Below are positions 48,268-61,893 of a stretch of DNA of 64,000 nt, piece by piece (the stretch's first letter is position 1; each line of letters starts with the position of its first letter). The notes under the pieces are model-generated. The model was not told the DNA's origin. It ran no database searches and saw only the letters and a program-made list of their open reading frames with translations. The stretch is from Camelus ferus. Lineage: Eukaryota. Location: the NCBI RefSeq assembly GCF_009834535.1, contig NC_045712.1, forward strand, positions 25,916,001-25,980,000. Direction: 5' to 3'. A program made the position numbers and the translations under genes.

Positions 48268-49353
48268 GATCCTTCAGCCATGGTGCAAGGGAGACCATCC
48301 AGGAAAAAACGGACAGACTTTCACACTAAAGAAGAGGCCTCCATTTTTTTCTTTTCTTTTTTTATTGGTGTAGTTATGAAGCCTTTCAGACTGCTTCTGT
48401 TTAAAATGTAAAAGGAAACTTTGCCCCCTGTGCATCTTCATAAACCTGCTGTGGCAGACTCCTCAGCCCATGGGGGCTCTGGATTTCCTGAGAGCCAGAT
48501 GTCCTAGAAAGTTGCTGGCTGACTTTTTTTTGGTCTGGGGCCAGGGAAAGGGCTTGGACTGTTAGGAGAAATGTGGCCCCTTCCCTTCCTCTAGAAAGAT
48601 TGAATTAATGATGGATGGACCCTACAGGGAATCTCCCCAGCTGGCTTCCATGTTGGCAGACTTCGCTGACCACAGGGGAGCCATAGTCTTTTTCTTTCTT
48701 CATGCTGAGACATAAACGTAGCNNNNNNNNNNNNNNNNNNNNNNNNNNNNNNNNNNNNNNNNNNNNNNNNNNNNNNNNNNNNNNNNNNNNNNNNNNNNNN
48801 NNNNNNNNNNNNNNNNNNNNNNNNNNNNNNNNNNNNNNNNNNNNNNNNNNNNNNNNNNNNNNNNNNNNNNNNNNNNNNNNNNNNNNNNNNNNNNNNNNNN
48901 NNNNNNNNNNNNNNNNNNNNNNNNNNNNNNNNNNNNNNNNNNNNNNNNNNNNNNNNNNNNNNNNNNNNNNNNNNNNNNNNNNNNNNNNNNNNNNNNNNNN
49001 NNNNNNNNNNNNNNNNNNNNNNNNNNNNNCGCCTCTTTATTTGGGAGGAGCCTGGCGGGACGGTAGAAGCAAAGCCTTGACTTACTGAATGGGCCAAGGC
49101 CCTGCGGGGAGGGGGCAGCGAAAGGCAACAGCCCAGCTCCCTGGTGATAACTGCTACGGCGTACTCTGCGCATGCGCTCCTCGCCCGCCCCGCCCTAGCG
49201 GCGTACAGGCTCCACCCGCGCGTTCGGCGTCCTGACGTCAGCGACGCGCAGGGCGCAGTGTCGGTATCGGCGGGTTTATATTGGCGCGGCCCAGAAGGCA
49301 GAGGCCTCTGCGGCTCGGTCCTTGGAAACACGCGGCTTTACCCCGCGCTGGCC

Positions 49354-54072
<4,719 letters not shown>

Positions 54073-54103
54073 AAACGGATACAGCACACTCCCTCGGTTT
54101 TTC

Positions 54104-54109
54104 AATAAA
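54104..54109 (+). terminator. IMPDH2 polyadenylation signal AATAAA
   Basis: Canonical hexamer about 30 nt after the stop codon. Confidence 0.85.
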
Positions 54110-54821
54110 AGTTTGAAAAATAAATGGTGCCTGATCTTTGAGGTCAACAGGCAAGTGGGGCTCTACAGCTGCCACCACCACAGATACAAACACAACACCC
54201 TTTCCAGGAAGAGTCTCGGGCCCTGAGATAAGGGTGCTCTGGAAGTAGGGGTTAGTACTAGATTCAGAAAGTTCCCCTGAAACAGCACAGACCAACCAAC
54301 TCTGGCTCCCTAGGGTTTGGGCTCATACTGAGAATCTGAGTATGGCTGCTTAGGAAGGGTCATGGAATAGTCTGTGGGGCTCTGGACTAGCATCCACGGG
54401 GTCTACTGCTAGCCCAAAGCTTAGCCACATAGGACCAGGTTGAGACCAACATACTTGTTCTCTAACTTGAATCTCTAAAGGACATTATGGAGAAAAGCAC
54501 TGAGGTCCCCTCAAATCTGCATGTGAGCAAACAGATCTGGATTAGAACAGGTGCCTATACTGCCTCCTCACTCTTGAGAGGTAAGTAGAGATGAAAAGGT
54601 GACTCCTTGGTTTCTTCAGAATCCCGACCAAGAACCCACTGAGCCATCAGCTCCTGGCCAGCAACACACCAAATACAAAATCAGAGGCGTGGATTAAATT
54701 ATTATTGCTGGCAAGCAAAATAAATATTTACAGCACCAAAGGGGAGGGACTAGTGAAAACTTTGGAACCCCTGCGCTCTGCAAAAGATGCCAGGGTCCTG
54801 GACAGGTCAGTTCCTGGTAGT

Positions 54822-55799
54822 TCATTCTGCAGTTTGGGGCAGAGATGTGAGTGGAGACCCTCCAGGTGGGGGTATGAGAGCAGCTCCTGTCACTCGGCCT
54901 TCATGACACAGGAAGTTGAAAGTGGCACAGGCATTGGGCTGCAAAAAGAAAGCCAGCATCAGCTGGGCTAGGGCTAGGCCTGGGCTCTCCTCAGCATTCC
55001 CAAGTCCCGGACGTACTGTGTCCTGCACTTCCACAGCGATGCCCCGCCGCCTCATGGCTCGCAGCACCTCGGACTGCAGCCGCTCAGTACGGTCTCCAGT
55101 GCCCACCACAACAATCTCTAGGGAAGGATGGGCATGGCTAGTCTACAACCAGGTCTGTCGAGAGGGTGGCTTTCTGGGGCTTAGCACCTCAGCCCTCCCC
55201 TCCTCCAGTACCTATTCGGGGCTCCAGCATCCAAAAGAGAGAGAAGCTTTCTTCGGTGATGTCCTGGTGGGAACCTACCTGTGTGGGGAGGAGGCAAGTT
55301 AAATACAAGTCCCCATAGATTTCCCCACAGACCCTCCATCTGCACCACAGCGGGGCAAAAGGAAAGCCAGGTTTGCCAGGGAGAGAATCGGGGCAGGTCT
55401 GTGACTCTGGCCCTTGGTTTCCTCATTTCAGGGAAGGGCTCACGTTCCACTGCACCACAGACTGCGGGAGCAGCGCGCAGGGCCCAAACACACGATTTCC
55501 GTTGACCGTGAAGCCGCGGCTGTTGTAGCTGTCGATGTACATGGCGTGCGGGGACTCGCGCTGCAGCAGAGAGATGCGCGTCCGCTGATACAGCTCGTCA
55601 TCCGCTGGTGTGAGCCGGTGCCCACGCCGTGGGACCCTGCGGAGGGGTATGGTCAGGCTCCAGGGGGTGGGGAGTCGCCGACCGTTGGGGCGGGTGGTCT
55701 GGGATGCTCCGTCTGGACTCACCATGGCAGCTGCGCGGACGGCCAGCGAAGGGCAGGTCGCGCGCCGCACAGGTTTCGAAGGACGAACGGGGCGGCCAT
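54822..55799 (-). CDS. NDUFAF3: NADH:ubiquinone oxidoreductase complex assembly factor 3, complete spliced CDS, 184 aa
   Basis: Minus-strand exons: 55799-55723, 55636-55444, 55278-55212, 55117-55017, 54938-54822. Total 555 nt = 184 aa + TGA. Arg-rich presequence-like MAAPFVLRNLCGARPALRW, then DDELYQRTRISLLQRE...YIDSYNSRGF...AVEVQDTPNACATFNFL (Mth938-like domain). Confidence 0.95.
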
Positions 55800-57480
55800 A
55801 GCGGACCGGAGCGCTGAGAGAATGGCGAGGGGTCAGCGGGGTCGTGGAGGAGCCCAGCCCAGCGCGGCTACAGCGCCCCCAGCGTCGCGGAGGGCACCGC
55901 GCAGCTCAGTCGGCCCAGCGCGGGAGAGAGGAGAGCCAGCCAGGGCCCTTGGTTTCAGGAGGGCGCGGCTCCGATGTCTGCACCTGCCGTCCGCCCCGCC
56001 CCGGGCCCCCGAAGGCCGTCCTGGGGGACCCGGAGACCAGGTGGCCCAACCGCGGTCTGACCCGCGGCTCTCAGCCATCACGCCGGGCTCCCGGGGCCTT
56101 GGACGAGGCGGCCGAGCATCTGTTCGAGTCCCGCACACCTGGCCAGGGCGTGGTGCCAGCCTCCGAGCCTCTAAATCCCAGCTTTGGGGCGACGGATTTC
56201 GAGGGCGGGGCGAGCGTCTCTGATTTCCCCCTCTCGCCCTCGAGTCACGCCCCTCCCTAACCGTCACCCGCGCGACCGTTGGCGTCGCCGCCGCGCGTCG
56301 CAAGGGGCGTGGCTGCGCATGGATTGGCTTCTCCGGAGCGTGAGGAGGCGTGGTTGGTTGGTTTTGCCTTAAAATGGTTCCAACTCTGCGGACAGAGCAA
56401 GCGGAAGCGGACGCTGTGGAAAATTAGTGGTACTTGGTCTGTTGGGACCGAGCGGGCCGAACCGGACCAGACATTCAACTAGACAGCGCCTGGAGCATCG
56501 CGCCGCCCTCGCTCACCTCGCTTGCGTCCCGAGAATCTCCCGCGCGCCGTCTTGAGCCGAATCAGAAGGCCTTCTGCCTCGAGAGTCGCTGGCGCCCGCG
56601 CCTGTTTCGGCAACTCCGCGCGCCCACCGTGTGGTACCCTCAGAAGAACGTTGCCGCGTCTGCTACCCTCGGGGCCCGGCGGGCGGGAGGTTCGGCACAA
56701 CTGAGGACGGTCGCAGTGGATTTCCGGGGGGTCCCGTCGCCGCTTGGTGGCCCATTGGGGCCCCTAGCACTCCGGGCGCTGGCACCGTCACCGGACAAAG
56801 GGCCCCGGGTGCGGGGTTGTCCCCAAGGCGGGTTTACTTCCTCTCGGGCCCCACTGGCACGTTTCCCTCTTGGCTGATCTCAAAGCCCGCCCGGCCACCG
56901 TCACCGCAGTGGCCCTGACTGCATAGAACCAACAGGACTAATCCTACCCCGTGGATCTAATGCAGACCGGGATCTGTTCCCAGGGGAGGCCCCCACCATG
57001 CCTGTTGTTTGGGGGCCCAGGTGAGCGGCTCCCCCACTAGACTAGATTTTACCGCCTACTCCTGGGGCCGCCTCCTGGGACTAGGAATGAGGGGATTTTG
57101 ATCTGGCCCCGGGGCGAGGTATCCCCTGCTCCCCCACCCCCCACCCCCCCACGGCTGGACAGCGGGCAACGGAATCCCAAAAGCAGCTGTTGTCTCCAGA
57201 GCATTCCAGCTGCGCTTGGATTTCGTTTCCTGCTCTCCTGCCTGAGCAGCGTCCTGGCCCAGATGGGGTGGGCTATCCCCTGACCCCCAGACATCATTTA
57301 TTGGGTCGCTCTGGTCTCCGTCCCTCCCTCAGGTACGCCCTCAGACAGCAAGCGACGGGCGTAAACGTCGGAGAGCCTGAACGGCTGTCATCTCTGGAGC
57401 CCGAGGTAACACTGGCGAGGGAGGGACGACCCAGGGCCTCCGGATAGGGCTGCAATGGCGGTGAGTCCCACAGGGCCTCC
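55480..57480. promoter_or_regulatory. CpG island and bidirectional promoter for NDUFAF3 (-) and the miR-191/425 host transcript (+)
   Basis: GC- and CpG-rich region between divergent units; GC boxes, CCAAT (GATTGG near 56322) and ETS-like GCGGAAGC. Confidence 0.75.
57152..57243 (+). ncRNA. MIR191: pre-miR-191
   Basis: Mature 5p CAACGGAATCCCAAAAGCAGCTG at 57167-57189 and complementary 3p arm GCTGCGCTTGGATTTCGTTTCC at 57209-57230 form a hairpin. Confidence 0.97.
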
Positions 57481-57592
57481 CCAGCCCGCAGCTCGCTAAA
57501 GATAGCCCTTCACTTCCTGGGGTAAAACCACCCCCAACCGTCTTCATACACCGAGACTAGCAGCTATCTCCGGGTCGTGTGCCTGCGGCATG

Positions 57593-57679
57593 GAAAGCGC
57601 TTTGGAATGACACGATCACTCCCGTTGAGTGGGCACCCAAGAAGCCATCGGGAATGTCGTGTCCGCCCAGTGCTCTTTC
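57593..57679 (+). ncRNA. MIR425: pre-miR-425
   Basis: Mature 5p AATGACACGATCACTCCCGTTGA at 57606-57628 and 3p ATCGGGAATGTCGTGTCCGCCC at 57647-57668; terminal GAAAG/CTTTC pairing. Confidence 0.97.
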
Positions 57680-58379
57680 GGCGCCTCCCAATAGGGCCTT
57701 GCATCCCTGGCTCAGAAAGGGGCCTTGCCAAGGTTTTCCTATCCCTCAGATCCTCTCCTTTGTGAGCTCTGGGCACACAACTGCTCCAGGGCAGAGATCA
57801 CGGGTTTTCCAGTGCTCAGCTGCATCAGGTTCAGTCTTCGTTAAAGACAAGAGAGAAAAGGGGGATTTAAGTTACACTGAAGTGAAAACATTCAGGAGCC
57901 CCCGTGGGACAGCGGAAACAGCTTTCTTGCTGGTAGAGGAGTGGGATGCTCTGAGAGCTGTTCTTAAACTGGTCCCTCTCATGGTCACATTGTGTAGTTG
58001 ATCCACAAAAGCTTGTTGCCTAAACCAGGAAGTGGGAGAATCCCTGTTAACGTACACCAGGTGAGAGTAGCATTAAAAGAATTCTGGAAACCATTATGAT
58101 AGTTCTAATTCCACCAGATTCAAGAGGAGAAAACTGGCAGTTCTACCAGCGGGCATTTATTGGGAATAAAGACAACGCGTATCTCAAAGGAAATAACCTG
58201 AGACCGCAGAACACAAATTCTTTTAAAAATTTATTTTTTCAGTAGGTCGTCAAAATGGCTTTAATGTTCGCTGCCCTATTTCAGTGATAATTCATTTGGA
58301 ACTTTTGGCGTTTTTATCATGTGTAAGATGGGAGAAATGAAACGTTACCACAAATACATAGATGTAAGACTTCGATAGA

Positions 58380-59560
58380 GAAAAGCCTTGAGTCCCCACC
58401 GAGTCGCGTGGATTCTGTCCCCGGTTGCGAATACGGGTGACGCCGAGAGAACCCGAGGCCTGGAGCGGACCTGTAGACTGCTGACCTGGAGCCGGGCCAG
58501 GCTAGTGGGCTACGCGGAGGGAGAGCTGGGGCTGTAAGTCGAACGCGGTCGCCACAGCTCCTTCTGGCGCACCTGTCCACTCCGGAACCGCAGCCAAGTC
58601 CCCGCCCCAACCAGCGCTCCTCCCGGAAGTTCAACATCGACGTCTTGGTTCCGTTTCCGCTTGCTCTTTCCGGTCGCCATGGCGATGGGGCGCCTTGGGG
58701 TAGAGGAGACGTTGGAAGCCCTCAACGCGGCACTGGGTCCGGGCGGTCCCGTGTGGTTCAAGGAGACGCGCGCCCGTCACTTGCGTGTCCGAGACTTCTT
58801 TGCGCCGCGGCGCGCGCTACGAGCACGCTTCGGTGACGGACAGGTAGGCGCGGGCCGATGGGGGACGTGCGGCCCAGAGTAGCTGGGGGCGCCGCGACCC
58901 GCTCACCACCTTGTCTTCCCGCAGGTCCCCGAGCGCGTGGTTCACGCCATCGCCTGCTTGCAGGGTCCCGGTGTGGCCCCGGTGCTGCGCTGCGTGCCGA
59001 CTCCCACGGGGTTGGCTCTCCAGCTGCAGCGGTCCGCCGTCTTCGAGCGCGTCCTCGGCGCCGTAGCCGCCTATGCCGCCCCTTCCGCGATCGCTGCACC
59101 AGGCCGGCGCGTCGTCCTGCACTGCCCAGCGCTACGTGGCGGCCCTGGCGCCCTCCGCCTTAGCCAGCTGCGTGCCGTGCTTGTTGCCGATCACCTGGCG
59201 CGAGCTCTGCGTGCTCATGGGTAAGCGGGGACGCGGGCCATAAAGGAGAAGGCACGCCGCCGGTGCTGCAGAGCCGCGCGGCCAGGGGCGGGGGCGGGCC
59301 GCAGTGGGTGGGAAGTCGGGGAGAGCCGGGCCCGGGGCTCGAGCTGAGACGGCCACCTCGCTTCGCAGGGTGAGTGTGCGCCAAGTGCCCGCTGTGCGGG
59401 ATCCGCACATGTCGACCTTCCTGCAGCAGTTGCGGGTGGACTGGCCTGTGCCCTCGGAGAGAACCGCGAATGAAGCCCTGAGGAGCCGCGCGCATGCGAA
59501 GCTCACCTCCGCTGGTGACTCGGGAGCTCTGTTCCCTGGAGCCCTGGGCAGTGTGCGCCT
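58380..59560. promoter_or_regulatory. DALRD3 proximal CpG-island promoter
   Basis: CpG-rich; ETS/GABP-type CCGGAAGT at 58623-58630, further TTCCG motifs before the ATG, and GC box CCCCGCCCC. Confidence 0.8.
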
Positions 59561-61588
59561 GAAGGAGCTGGTAGATGAATGCGGACACACAGCTAGCTAT
59601 GACCCCAACCTGGACAGCTGTCTGGGTAAGACCCAGACCCTAGCAGGCCCAGGAATTAGGTGGGCCCTGCACTCACTACTACTCCCAACCCTGTGTGTTC
59701 TCTTCGCAGTGACAGAGGATCTGCTCTCTGTGCTGGCTGAGCTGCAAGAGGCTGTGCAGCATCAGCTTGAGGAGAGCTCCCCAGGCATGGTTAGTAACTT
59801 ATTCCCCACGCTGTTGGCCTTTTGCAAACCAGGTGTTTTGTGTTCCCGGCAGTGACTGGCCTACTCTATTTAGGCTGCGGCCCCAGACACTGGTGCAGAG
59901 GGTTACCTGGTTGTCCACGTGGTGAGCTGTGAGGAGGAGTTCCAGCAACAAAAGTTGGACCTGCTTTGGCGGAAGTTGGATGACCAGGCTCCTCTCAGAC
60001 AGGCTAGTGACGGTGGAGCTCCCCTCACTCACTTCAGAAGGCCCTGGAAACCCACCAGGGGGCCTGTTAGCTGATGGGTCTATAAGGTGACACTTGACCT
60101 TGGGGGAATGGGCAGGTGCAGCAGATGCTAGGAGAAGGTGCAGCCTGGAGGAATAACCCAGAGAATGTTGAAGAGTAGGTTGAGGAGGCTGGCCTGTTTC
60201 CTGAAGGCCCAGGCTTGAGGTGGAGGCCCCTAAGCCTGGTGGTAAGGAGCTGGGGGGGAGGTGGGGTCTAGGAAACAGATTGAGCTTCCTTGAGGTATTG
60301 CTGGCAGGTATTGCCAAGTGGCTGAGCCCCTGCTGTCTTCCTGACAGAAGCACCTGGTCTGTGGCCCAGTGAAAGTAGCTGGTGTACCCGGCACCCTGAC
60401 AGCCCCTGAGTACTACGAGTGAGTGAATAAGGCCAGAAGGACGGCCACCGAGCCAGGGTAGTTGAAGGTGGGGGGGTGGGGCTTCGCCCCCTGGCCTCCC
60501 TCTCACTCTTTTTAAAATGCAGGCTGCGGCACGCCCAGGTATGCAAGGCCTCAGCACTGAAGCATGGCAGGGACCTGGCACAAGGTGCGCCTGGCAGACC
60601 GGGCTGTGCTTTGGGTAGGGACAGGTCCTCTGCACCTGTCTCTGGAGACTGACTGATCCATACTTTCTCAGACCCAGCCTGGACAGAAATCTTCATGGTT
60701 CTCTCTGTGGCAGCCATTAAGTTTGAGATGCTTAGCACAGCTCCACAGAGTCAGGTGAGCCTGAGTGCCCAGCAGGGATAAGGCTGGGGGGCAGCGTGTG
60801 TGGTGGCTGTCCTCTCTCCCTGCAGCTGCACCCCTCATTCCTCAGCTTCTCCTGGCCCTGACTGACAACATTTCCACGAAGGGTACCAAAAGTGGCACCT
60901 TTGTCATGTATAATTGTGCACGTCTCGCTACACTCTTTGAGGGTTACGAGTGCAGCATGGAACAAGGTCTATACCCAACTTTCCCACCTGTGAGCAGTCT
61001 GGATTTCTCCCAGCTACATGATGAGGTGAGTGCCCCTCCTGGGGAGCTGGCACATACAGGAGGCTGGGGCCTTTTCCTCCCATCACCCTTGTCCCCCACA
61101 GGGTGAGTGGTTGCTGCTCTTCAACAGCGTCCTCCCCTTCCCAGACCTGCTGAGCCACACAGCAGCCCTGGCCTGCACAGCCCCGGGGCTCCACATCACA
61201 GCACGCACAGAGATGGTGAGGCAGAGAGGACCAAGACAGACTGCACACACTATTTATTCTGGTCTGGGGCACAGAGACAGGCCAGTGACTTGTCTCTGTC
61301 TCTAGGTTTGCAAGTTCCTGGTACAGCTCAGCATGGATTTCAGCTCATACTACAACCGTGTACACATCCTAGGGGTAAGCACACAGCAAAAGGGGGTAGG
61401 TACATTGTGGAGGGGGGCAGTGCAGGGGAAGTAAAGGATGAGAACAGCAGGCCCCCTCTCTCCTTTAGGAGCCTCGACCACACCTGTTTGGTCAAATGTT
61501 TGCCCGTCTGCAGCTTCTGCGGGCTGTACGTGAAGTGCTCCACACTGGGCTGGCCATGCTGGGTCTCCCTCCACTGAGCCACATCTAA
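58679..61588 (+). CDS. DALRD3: DALR anticodon-binding domain-containing protein 3, complete spliced CDS, 541 aa
   Basis: Exons: 58679-58843, 58925-59220, 59369-59625, 59710-59789, 59874-60002 (GC donor), 60348-60418, 60523-60584, 60672-60754, 60846-61025, 61102-61215, 61306-61374, 61469-61588. Total 1626 nt = 541 aa + TAA. DALR-domain motifs [12 protein letters not shown] and [18 protein letters not shown]. Confidence 0.93.
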
Positions 61589-61658
61589 GGCCACAGAGGC
61601 CCCAATAACTGGGAATGTCCACAAAGTTATCAACTGAAAGAGAAAACCCCCCACAGAT

Positions 61659-61664
61659 TTTATT
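61659..61664 (-). terminator. WDR6 polyadenylation signal AATAAA (minus strand)
   Basis: TTTATT on +, about 230 nt past the WDR6 stop codon. Confidence 0.7.
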
Positions 61665-61680
61665 AGAGACCTGGAGCCAA

Positions 61681-61686
61681 AATAAA
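61681..61686 (+). terminator. DALRD3 polyadenylation signal AATAAA
   Basis: First canonical hexamer after the stop codon. Confidence 0.75.
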
Positions 61687-61893
61687 CTGGCTTGATACAA
61701 AGCTCTGTTGTGGGGAGTGTTGGTCTGCACAAGCAGCAGTCTACTCACCTCCAGCTCCTGCTCTGAAGTCAGGAACCCGCGGCTGCCTCCTCCTCCCCTC
61801 AGGGCACACTGGGCTGGGCACAGACAGTCACTCCTGCACCATCCTGTCTGTGAGCAGGCCCCATGCCCAGCACACCGGCCACCGCGGGACACC

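Noticed and set aside
49144-49353. 70 stop-free codons in frame upstream of the IMPDH2 ATG (possible N-terminal extension)
   Set aside because: No ATG, GC-rich sequence, and it spans the promoter motifs and TATA-like box, so most of it is probably upstream of the transcription start.
55414-56918. ORFs of 269, 156, 147 and 138 aa in the NDUFAF3 island
   Set aside because: Same GC-rich artefact; several are antisense to or off-frame from real NDUFAF3 exons.
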